This document shows positions 1 to 7,803 of a stretch of 64,000 bases of DNA, in pieces. The stretch spans positions 192,001 through 256,000 of the forward strand of contig CAXXSR010000002.1 of NCBI GenBank assembly GCA_963662615.2, in the 5' to 3' direction. Made by a program: the position numbers and the translations under genes. A model generated the notes under the pieces. That model had not been told where the DNA came from, ran no database searches, and was given only the letters and a program-made list of their open reading frames with translations. The DNA comes from Dehalococcoidia bacterium. GTDB taxonomy: Bacteria > Chloroflexota > Dehalococcoidia > Bin125. How positions within the stretch are numbered: position 1 is the first letter of the stretch; each line of letters starts with the position of its first letter.

Positions 1-781
1 TGCCGGCCCCAGGGCCGCCCAGCCCCGTCGCCTGGACGATGGCCGCGTAGTCCTGGATGAGATCGCCGGCGAGAGCGCCGTAGGGAGCGCCGGGCGGAGC
101 CATGACCGGGCCCTGGTGCGGATAGCCGGGGTCGACGGCCATGAGCGCGGGGAGGCCGACCGCCTCAACGAGTCGGGCGCGGATGATTTGGGCCTCCCAA
201 GCCGGCGACAGCATGAAGCTGACCAGCTTGGACCAGATGATGGAGTCCTGCGGCCGCCAGGGCTCCGGCTGGTAGTCAAGGATGCGGATCTCCAGGGGCA
301 GGGGCGTGGCAGCCATGCCCGCATTGATGCCGCCGAAGTACGGCTCCAGGCGACGCTGCAAGGCCGCGGGGGTGGCCGCCCAGGCGGCGGCGGCGGCGCG
401 ATGCAGCCCCACGTGCCGCATCAGGCGATCGCTGGGGAGGGCCGTGGGACCCGCCACTTCCGCCATGCGACCGCCGCCGACGCGGCGGTAGAACTCCATT
501 TGCCAGAAGCGGTCCTGCACGTGGACGAAGCCGAGGGCGAAGAGCGCGTCGTCCGGGTTGCGGGCGAAGATGTGGGGGATGCCGGAGCGGTCGCGGAGGA
601 CGTCGACCGGCGCATGGAGCCCGTCGACGCGCTGCACCCCGTCCAGCGAGGGGCCGGGCGGGGAGCGGCGCATCTCCCCCGCCAGGGCGCGGAAGAAGGC
701 GCCGCCTTGGACGGCGGAGAGGCGAAGCGAACGCCAGCGGCCGAGGAGCGGCCCCGCGCCCAGGTGTCTGCGCCTATCCAT
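1..781 (-). CDS. Penicillin acylase family (Ntn-hydrolase) protein, N-terminal part; runs off window start
   Basis: Not in ORF track; manual translation from ATG 781 gives VDVLRDRSGIPHIFARNPDDALFALGFVHVQDRFWQMEFYRR, the typical alpha-subunit motif of this family. Confidence 0.85.
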   Translation of the reverse strand, partial: MDRRRHLGAGPLLGRWRSLRLSAVQGGAFFRALAGEMRRSPPGPSLDGVQRVDGLHAPVDVLRDRSGIPHIFARNPDDALFALGFVHVQDRFWQMEFYRRVGGGRMAEVAGPTALPSDRLMRHVGLHRAAAAAWAATPAALQRRLEPYFGGINAGMAATPLPLEIRILDYQPEPWRPQDSIIWSKLVSFMLSPAWEAQIIRARLVEAVGLPALMAVDPGYPHQGPVMAPPGAPYGALAGDLIQDYAAIVQATGLGGPGAG

Positions 782-855
782 GCCGCGCGATTGTAGCCCG
801 GCCGCTGCTATGCTGCGGCGGATCTGCTGCGGGTGAATCCGGGCTGGAGTGAGCA

Positions 856-1635
856 ATGGACCTTGGCCTGCGGGGGAAAGCTGCCTTGATCAGCGGGGCC
901 TCTGAGGGAATTGGCAAGCATTGCGCGCTGGCGCTGGCGGCGGAGGGCGCCGACGTGGCAATCTGCGCGCGCCGCCCAGACCTCCTGGAGGCGGCACGAA
1001 CCGAGATTGAAGCCGCCGGCCCCGGTCGCGCCGTGGCGGTGGTGGCGGACGTGGCTCAGGGGGAGGACGTGGAGCGCGTGGTTGCCGAGACGGTGGCCAG
1101 CTTCGACGGCCTGGACATCCTGATCAACAACGTGGGGGTGTCAGCCCCCGGGGATGAAGACGACGTCTGGCAACGGATGTTCGAGGTCAACCTGCTGGCG
1201 ACGGTGCGGATGACCCGGGTCGCGCTGCCCCACCTGCGCGCCCGTGCGCAGCGGCCGAACGCCGACAGCAGCGTCATATTGCACATTGGCTCGATCTTCG
1301 GACGCGAAGCAGGGGGTATCTCGTCCTATAACGCCATGAAGGCGGGCGTTCACAGCCATGCCAAGGCGATGGCGCTGGCACTGGCGAAGGACAATATCCG
1401 CGTCAACTCGATCGCACCGGGCTCGATCGCGTGGCCCGGCAGCCGCTGGGAGCAGCGCTACAAGGCGGACCCCGAGACGATCCAACGCACCATCGTCGAT
1501 ACCATCGCGATGGGGCGCTTCGGGCGGCCCGAAGCGGTTGCGCAAGTGGTGACGTTCCTCGCCTCGCCGCGAGCGGAGTGGGTCACGGGCGTGTGCCTCA
1601 ACGTGGACGGCGGCCAGACGCGGTCGATCATTTAG
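856..1635 (+). CDS. SDR family oxidoreductase
   Basis: SGASEGIG, NNVG, YNAMK (YxxxK), VDGG. Confidence 0.95.
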   Translation: MDLGLRGKAALISGASEGIGKHCALALAAEGADVAICARRPDLLEAARTEIEAAGPGRAVAVVADVAQGEDVERVVAETVASFDGLDILINNVGVSAPGDEDDVWQRMFEVNLLATVRMTRVALPHLRARAQRPNADSSVILHIGSIFGREAGGISSYNAMKAGVHSHAKAMALALAKDNIRVNSIAPGSIAWPGSRWEQRYKADPETIQRTIVDTIAMGRFGRPEAVAQVVTFLASPRAEWVTGVCLNVDGGQTRSII

Positions 1636-1662
1636 CGCAGATGTCGATCATCTAGCGCAGAT
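1623..1662 (+). repeat. 20-bp tandem duplication spanning the SDR stop codon
   Basis: gtcgatcatttagcgcagat / gtcgatcatctagcgcagat, one mismatch. Confidence 0.8.
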
Positions 1663-1711
1663 CGCGTCGGGCGGGGGGAGGTGGAGGCGGCGCGGGCGCG
1701 AGCGCGCGTGG

Positions 1712-2035
1712 CTAGGGCGCCTCCTCCACGATGGCCGACATGGAGCCACGGCAGCGCTCGATGCGGGGGTCCGCCCCGTTGCGGTGGATCATGCGCTGGT
1801 GTCGGGTTGCCTGCTCGTAGCCGGCCGTCTCCACGACGGCTTGGCCCTGGCTGTCGACGACGCCGGCGATGGCGTAGGCCTTCTCGCGCTCGTAGCCGAA
1901 GATGCGGCCCAGCATCTCAATGACGTACTCGTAACTGTGCTCGTCGTCGTCGAGGAGGCTGAGGTGGTAGCGCTTCTCGAGGCCGGTTTGGGGCGCCGTC
2001 TCGCGTCGAGTGGCGGTCTCGGATCGCTGCGTCAC
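1712..2035 (-). CDS. clpS: ATP-dependent Clp protease adaptor ClpS
   Basis: YHLSLLDDDEHSYEYVIEML...AIAGVVDSQGQAVV; GTG 2035 preferred over the longer ORF-track start. Confidence 0.85.
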   Translation of the reverse strand: MTQRSETATRRETAPQTGLEKRYHLSLLDDDEHSYEYVIEMLGRIFGYEREKAYAIAGVVDSQGQAVVETAGYEQATRHQRMIHRNGADPRIERCRGSMSAIVEEAP

Positions 2036-2340
2036 GGAGGCATGATAGCGTGCCGGCGTCGGCGGCTCGGGGCGAGGCGTTGCTCTCGGCGAGGCCGGCG
2101 ATGGGCCCCCGGCGGAGAGATCGCGGTCGCTCGCGCTCCGTCCCCTGCGCGCGCGGCGAGGGTGTGTGCTGAGAGACATGCGGCGACGAGTCGCGGCTGC
2201 TCGGGACCTCCCCCAGGTGCGCGTGGCCAAACCCCTGATACTGATGGACCGTATTCCAACCGACCATCTAGATACGCAGACGGCGCACCCCTGCACGGGT
2301 AGCGGGGCGCGGAGATGCCGTGAGAGGCAGTGGTACAGCG

Positions 2341-2640
2341 ATGACCGAGCGCGTCCTCCCCTGGCCTCGGAAGCGGCCAGGCCCCGGCGTCATCTGCGCC
2401 TGGTGCAAGGCGGTCCTGGTCCACGGCAGCCTGCTGCCGAGCCACGGCCTCTGCGAACGCTGTCTGGAAGAGCGCTTCCAGGACGACGAGAAGATCATTC
2501 CCTTCCCGGGCTCGCAGGCCGAGGCCGAGAGGCCAAGGGCCCAGCGAGGAGGAGAGATGCTACGCCGACGACAGCGGGATGCGCGCTGGTTGCGGGCTGC
2601 GAGCTTTGCGCGCTGGCGTCGCTACCAGCGAGCGAGCTAG
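2341..2640 (+). CDS. Small hypothetical protein with CAWC...SHGLCxxC metal-binding motif
   Basis: ICAWCKAVLVHGSLLPSHGLCERC in a 99-aa ORF. Confidence 0.6.
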   Translation: MTERVLPWPRKRPGPGVICAWCKAVLVHGSLLPSHGLCERCLEERFQDDEKIIPFPGSQAEAERPRAQRGGEMLRRRQRDARWLRAASFARWRRYQRAS

Positions 2641-2735
2641 GGGGCCGGTCAGCTGGAGCCGTCGTGGGCGCCGGTCCGTCCATTATGGGCGCCAGCATTG
2701 CGGGCAAGACGGGCCAGAGGGCGCCCATGGGCCGG

Positions 2736-3629
2736 TCAGGGCTGGGCTCGTCCCTCCTGCACCTCGCGCCGCCGCCGATACTCCGGCGAGGCGCGACCGT
2801 CGCCGAACTTGCCGTCACGCCACTCCAGCGCGGCCTTCATGCCTTGCTCACGGCTGATGCGACGAAACTCCGCGACCGCCGGCGCCAAATGCGCGCGGGC
2901 GTCGTTCTCTGAGGCCAGCCGTTGCAGCGTGCGCGCTCCCATCAGCTCCAGCGCCAGGTTGGTGATCCGCTTGCCCGCGGCGAGCAGGTCAACGTCGATC
3001 ATCGCCATTCTGCCGGCGAGCTGATCGACGGCGTCGTCGAGCTCGTCGAAGGGGACGGCGAGGAGCACGAGGCCGATCGCGGCGGCATCGGCGCCGCTGA
3101 CGCTGTCGCCGGTGAGCAGGAGCCGCTTGGTCCACTGCGGACCGATGTGGTAGAGCCACATGTGGGCGGCCGCCGCGCCCATGGCGCGGACGGCCGGATA
3201 GCCGATAAGACAGTCCTCCGCGGCGATGACGATGTCGCAGAGGAGGGCCAGATCCGTGCCGCCGGCCAGGCAGTAGCCGTGGACCTTGGCGATGACCGGC
3301 TTGTGCATGTCCCAAATCGCCATGCGGAGCCGCTGGGCAAGCTCCAGCTGCCAGACGTCGTCCTCGAAGGTGACGTTGTGCCGAAAGGCGGCGCCGTAGG
3401 TCTCCAGCGGATCACGATCGCGGCCGCCGAGGTCGTAGCCGGCGGAGAAGGCGCGCCCGGCGCCCTGCAAGATCACGACGTGGACCGCGCTCTCATCGTC
3501 GGCTCGCCAGAGCGCGTCGCTGAGTTCGCGCTGCAGGGCGACCGAGAGCGCGTTCAGCTTGTCGGGTCGGTTGAGGGTGAGGTAGGCCTTGCCGTCTTCG
3601 ACGTGGTAGAGGATGTGTTCATACGGCAC
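2736..3629 (-). CDS. Enoyl-CoA hydratase/isomerase (crotonase) family protein
   Basis: TLNRPDKLNAL, AFSAGYDL, KPVIAKVHGYCLAGG. Confidence 0.93.
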   Translation of the reverse strand: MPYEHILYHVEDGKAYLTLNRPDKLNALSVALQRELSDALWRADDESAVHVVILQGAGRAFSAGYDLGGRDRDPLETYGAAFRHNVTFEDDVWQLELAQRLRMAIWDMHKPVIAKVHGYCLAGGTDLALLCDIVIAAEDCLIGYPAVRAMGAAAAHMWLYHIGPQWTKRLLLTGDSVSGADAAAIGLVLLAVPFDELDDAVDQLAGRMAMIDVDLLAAGKRITNLALELMGARTLQRLASENDARAHLAPAVAEFRRISREQGMKAALEWRDGKFGDGRASPEYRRRREVQEGRAQP

Positions 3630-3728
3630 CGCGTGCCTCCTTCCGACGGGCCGTCGCCGGCACGCGTCCTTCCGCGGGAAGGACCGCCGGCCGCGGCTAG
3701 CGGCGCCTCAAAACGCCGCCGGCTGCGG

Positions 3729-4541
3729 CTAGCGGCGCCTTAAGACGCCGCCGTCGATGGCGACGACCTGACCGTTCAGGTAGCCGCTGGCATTGGAGCA
3801 TAGATAGACCACGAGCGGCGCGACGTCGATGGCGCGGCCGAAGCGCTGGAGGGGGATGAAGCGTCGCAGGGCGTCCCGCTGGGCCTCGTCCGCTGCCGGG
3901 CCCGGAGCCTCCTCCATCCATCCCGTGACGATGGCGTTGACCGTGACGCCGCTGGGGCCGAACTCCTGCGACAGCGACCGCACCAGACCCAGCACGCCGG
4001 CCTGGGCGGCGGCGAGGGCGGAAGCGTTGGCGAGGCCGGCGAGCGCCACGCCGGAGAGCAGGGCCACGAGACGGCCGCCCTGGTTGCCGCGGACCAGCTC
4101 TCGGGAGGCGCTGCGGAAGACGTTGTAGGTGGCGGTGAGGTGACCGGCAAGCAGGCGCTGGAGGTCGACGTCGGTCGTTTTGGCGAGCGGCGCCGCCAAG
4201 GTTGAGGCGGGCAGCACGACGGCGCCGTCCAGGCCCGTCAACGCTTTTTGGAGCTTGCGGGTGGCGACTTGGACGCCGGTGGGGTTGCTCATGTCGACGG
4301 CCGCCGAGGGGCCGCCGGCGGCGACCTTCTTCAAGGCGAAGAGCGCCGTGCCGTCGGTGGTGGCGCTGGTAACCCCGACCGTGGCGCCCGCCTCGCGCAG
4401 AGCGTCGACGATGGCGCCGCCGAGGGGCGACTCCGCGCCGTAGACGATGAGGCGTCGCCCGCTGAGATCGAAGCCGCGCAGCTTCCCTTCGGCGACCGTG
4501 GGCGGCGGCAGAGGATTTTGGTGCGACTTTGCCGCGCTCAC
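3729..4541 (-). CDS. SDR-fold protein with degenerate catalytic and cofactor motifs
   Basis: SDR C-terminus (VTVNAIVTGW, GYLNGQVVAIDGG) but YxxxK replaced by LAAAQ and TGxxxGxG by YGAESPLG. Confidence 0.85.
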   Translation of the reverse strand: MSAAKSHQNPLPPPTVAEGKLRGFDLSGRRLIVYGAESPLGGAIVDALREAGATVGVTSATTDGTALFALKKVAAGGPSAAVDMSNPTGVQVATRKLQKALTGLDGAVVLPASTLAAPLAKTTDVDLQRLLAGHLTATYNVFRSASRELVRGNQGGRLVALLSGVALAGLANASALAAAQAGVLGLVRSLSQEFGPSGVTVNAIVTGWMEEAPGPAADEAQRDALRRFIPLQRFGRAIDVAPLVVYLCSNASGYLNGQVVAIDGGVLRRR

Positions 4542-4622
4542 TCCGCTTCCCCTTCGTTCTGGATTGGACGGCGCCGAGCGGGATGACGCCGTCGCGGCAC
4601 GTCCCTTCGATCAGAAGTTCGA

Positions 4623-5447
4623 TTAGAAGGCAGGGGCGCTCCCGGCGGCAGTCAGGTCCCAGTCGCCGGGCGTGAGGCCGCCCGCCATTGCGCCGCCGTC
4701 GATCACAAACGCCTCCCCCGTGACGTAGGACGAGGCCGCGGAGGCGAGATAGACGGCCAAGGGTCCGAGTTCCCAGGCCTCACCCAGGCGCCGAGCGGGG
4801 ATGGAGGCGCCGCGGCTGCGGGCGGCGCGGATGTCGGCCTGATCGCGGAGGGGGCGCTGGAGGATGAAGCCCGGCACGATGCAGTTGACGCGGATGTTGT
4901 CGGTCGCGAGCTGGGCGGCCAGCGACCGCGTGAGGGCGGCCACGGCGGCCTTGGCGGCGCCGTAGGCCAGCAGGCGCGGCTCGCCGCGCAGTCCCGCCGT
5001 TGAGGCCACGGTGATGATCACGCCGCCACCGCGCTCGCGAAAGTGGGGGACGACGGCGCGCGCGCAATAGAAGGCGCTGGAGAGGTTGAGGGCCAAGGCG
5101 TCGTCCCAATCGGCGTCGTTGATCTCGGTGACGTCCTTGAGGGAGGCGGAGCCGCCGCCGCCGGCATTGGCGATGAGCACATCGACGCGGCCCCAGGCGT
5201 CGAGAGTGTGTTGGACGAGCGTGTCGACGTCAGCGGAGCGGGTGACGTCGGTGGGCACGGCGAGGGCGCGCCGGTCCCGAGCGCGGATCTCCTCGGCCGT
5301 CTCCTCGATCTGTTCCGGGGTGCGGGCGGCGCAGGCGACGTCGGCGCCGGCGTCGGCGAGGGCGAGCGCCATCTCCTTACCCAGCCCGCGCCCGGCGCCG
5401 GTCACAATCGCGGTTTTTCCCCGCATGGAGATCTGTTCGAGCAGCAT
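4623..5447 (-). CDS. SDR family oxidoreductase
   Basis: TGAGRGLG, ANAG, YGAAK; ATG 5447 chosen (MLLEQISMRGK). Confidence 0.93.
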   Translation of the reverse strand: MLLEQISMRGKTAIVTGAGRGLGKEMALALADAGADVACAARTPEQIEETAEEIRARDRRALAVPTDVTRSADVDTLVQHTLDAWGRVDVLIANAGGGGSASLKDVTEINDADWDDALALNLSSAFYCARAVVPHFRERGGGVIITVASTAGLRGEPRLLAYGAAKAAVAALTRSLAAQLATDNIRVNCIVPGFILQRPLRDQADIRAARSRGASIPARRLGEAWELGPLAVYLASAASSYVTGEAFVIDGGAMAGGLTPGDWDLTAAGSAPAF

Positions 5448-5709
5448 GGGCCGCACCTCAGCCCCAGGAGAGCGCACATCTGCGGCCGACCGCGGGTGGC
5501 GCGTCCTTCTGTCGAAGGACGGGCCCCGGTATCGTAGCCGACGCTCGCGGGACGGCCGGCCCGGCCCCGCGTGGGAGCGTCGTGGCGGGCAGTGCCTGAA
5601 GCGCACTGGAGGGCGAAGGCGGGATCCGCTAGCCTGGCGGGCGCTTCGGCTGAAGGCGCGCGACGTGCGAGTCGCGGTCACGTGCGAGGGTCGCGCGGGA
5701 GAGACGCCC

Positions 5710-6840
5710 ATGGATCTTGGCCTGTCCGAAGAGCAGGAGATGCTCCGCAACTTCGCGCGGGACTTCCTGGAGAAGGAGTGCCCGGAGAAGCTGGTGCGCG
5801 AGATGGAGGAGGACGAGCGGGGCTACACCGACGCGCTCTGGCAGGGGATGGCCGCGCAGGGCTGGCAGGGGCTGATGATCCCCGAGGAGCATGGCGGCAA
5901 CGGCTTGCGTTTCCTGGACCTGTGCGTGCTGATGGAGGAGATTGGCCGGGCGCTGGTTCCGGGCCCGTTCCTGAGCACGGCGGTGTTGGGCGCGGTCCCC
6001 GTCCTGGTGGCCGGGAGTGAGCGGCAGAAGCGACGGATCCTGCCGAAGGTCGCGAGCGGGGAGCTGGTGATGACGCTGGCCTTCACGGAGCCGTCGGCGC
6101 GGTTCGACGCCGAGGGGGTGGAGCTGCGCGCGATCAAGGACGGCAAAGACTACGTCCTCAACGGGACAAAGCTGTTCATCCCCGACGCGCACGTGGCCGA
6201 CACGATGGTGGTGGTGGCGCGGACGAGCGGCGCCGGCGAGAAGGGGATTACGCTATTCCTGGTGGACGGCGGCGCGGCCGGGCTGAGCACGACGGTGCTG
6301 AAGACGATCGCGGCGGACAAGCAGTGTGAGGTCAAGTTCCAAGACGTGCGGGTGCCGGCGTCGGCGGTGTTGGGGCGGCGGGGCCAGGGCTGGGAGGTGA
6401 TGACGGCGGTGCGTCGCTACGCCACCGTCGCCTATTGCGCCTACTTGGTGGGGCTGGCCCAGCGCGACTTTGAGATCAGCCTGGACTACGCGAAAGAGCG
6501 CATCCAGTTCGACCGGCCGATTGGCTCCTTCCAGGCGATCCAGCACAAGGCGGCGGACATGGTCACGGACGTGGACGGGTCGCGCTTCATGATGTATCGG
6601 GCGGCCTGGGCGGTGACGGAGAACGAGCCGGACCAGGACCTGCAGGTGAGCATGGCGAAGGCCTGGTGCTCCGACGCGAGCCGTCGGGTGGTCGCCCACG
6701 GCCAGCAGATCCACGGCGGCATTGGCTTCACCAAGGAGTACGTGATCCAGCTCTACTTCCGCCGCCAGAAGATGGCCGAGCTGATGTGGGGCGACGGCGA
6801 CTACCATCGCGCGAGGGTGGCGCAACTGCTGGAGATCTAG
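5710..6840 (+). CDS. Acyl-CoA dehydrogenase family protein
   Basis: MDLGLSEEQEML start, AFTEP, YAKERIQFDRPIGSFQAIQH, QIHGGIGFT. Confidence 0.95.
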   Translation: MDLGLSEEQEMLRNFARDFLEKECPEKLVREMEEDERGYTDALWQGMAAQGWQGLMIPEEHGGNGLRFLDLCVLMEEIGRALVPGPFLSTAVLGAVPVLVAGSERQKRRILPKVASGELVMTLAFTEPSARFDAEGVELRAIKDGKDYVLNGTKLFIPDAHVADTMVVVARTSGAGEKGITLFLVDGGAAGLSTTVLKTIAADKQCEVKFQDVRVPASAVLGRRGQGWEVMTAVRRYATVAYCAYLVGLAQRDFEISLDYAKERIQFDRPIGSFQAIQHKAADMVTDVDGSRFMMYRAAWAVTENEPDQDLQVSMAKAWCSDASRRVVAHGQQIHGGIGFTKEYVIQLYFRRQKMAELMWGDGDYHRARVAQLLEI

Positions 6841-7186
6841 GGCTCAGCGGCGCATTTTCGGAGCGTGGTGGTGGGGTGGCCGGGGCCTCGGGAGGCCGGG
6901 GCGGCTTCACACGGTTTCACGGTTTTCTGTCCCGTTTGCGGCGCGCCGGAAAAAAATTTGGGGGAGGCGGGGCGCACCAGATAGGGGCGAGGCCGATCTG
7001 CTCGCTGCGCGACAGAATCCGTCACGGTTCCGGCAGCTTCTTGCACGGTTTGGACAGGAGTTCCCGGGAGGGTTCCGGGGTGGCTGGGGCAGGGCTGAGG
7101 GCGCGGTCTCCTATCAATCGATACGCGGAGTATAGCACGCGGGGTGCGGATTGGGAAAGGAGGGTGAGGGATCGGGTGGAAGATGG

Positions 7187-7222
7187 AGAGGCCCGTCCTT
7201 CCAGACGGAAGGACGGGCCTCT
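7187..7222 (-). terminator. Perfect 16-bp stem hairpin downstream of the glycine-rich peptide ORF
   Basis: agaggcccgtccttcc-agac-ggaaggacgggcctct. Confidence 0.7.
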
Positions 7223-7244
7223 TTACCGTGCTGGTTTCCGAGAG

Positions 7245-7406
7245 CTACGGGCCGCCACCACCGCCCCCGCCGCCTCCGCCCGCGGCACCGCCGCCCCCGC
7301 CGCCACCCGGGCCGCCGCTACCAAAGGGTGGCTAAGCAAAGGCCGTGCCGACGGCGGCGAGGGTCAGGAGGCCGGCTAGAAGTAGTGCGAGCAGCTTCTC
7401 GCGCAT
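7245..7406 (-). pseudogene. Secreted glycine-rich micro-protein with an in-frame TAG right after the signal peptide
   Basis: RBS gaaagga + ATG 7406; MREKLLALLLAGLLTLAAVGTAFA*PPFGSGGPGGGGGGGAAGGGGGGGGGGP*; internal TAG at 7332-7334; own promoter motif and terminator. Confidence 0.6.
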
Positions 7407-7428
7407 GATTCGTTTTTCCTTTCAGTCC

Positions 7429-7459
7429 CTATATGGGTGAACCGGGCGGGATTGTTACG
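7429..7459 (-). promoter_or_regulatory. ECF-sigma-like promoter motif, copy 1
   Basis: CGTAACAA-N14-CCCATATAG on minus strand; same motif and spacing at 16483-16513. Confidence 0.55.
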
Positions 7460-7738
7460 GCGCGTCTCCAGATTGTGAGCCAAAAGGTTAGGGCGCTCCG
7501 ATAATCGGTCAACTCGCCAGTCGGGGGTGGGGCGCTCTTCATGCCCGTGGCCCATCGACGGGGAGCCCCCGCCCGGCGCCGAGGGGCTCCCACGCGGCCA
7601 TTTCAGCTCGACGAGGAGGACTTGGGCCTCGGTGTCGGCCACGTTCTCCGTGCTGGGCGGGACCGCGTCGATTGGCATCGGCATCGCGCTTCTCCAGAAT
7701 CGCGTGGAGCCGAAGAGTCTGCCTCAGCGGCGGCGGCA

Positions 7739-7766
7739 GAGAGGCCGCTGCGGCGAGCGGCCTCTC
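7739..7766 (-). terminator. Hairpin downstream of S8 peptidase 1
   Basis: gagaggccgct-N6-agcggcctctc. Confidence 0.55.
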
Positions 7767-7803
7767 CAGGCGAACCTCTGTCAGAACCATGGACGCCTAC
7801 GAG

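Noticed and set aside
5086-5709. N-terminal extensions in the ORF track for the acyl-CoA dehydrogenase, SDR, HIT, fliP, cheB and clpS
   Set aside because: They overlap neighbouring genes; family-typical starts lie downstream, so these are not fusions
7332-7334. Genome-wide TAG reassignment as the explanation for the internal amber codon
   Set aside because: Many clear genes here end at TAG at their natural C-terminus (e.g. 1635, 6840, 26374, 62872)
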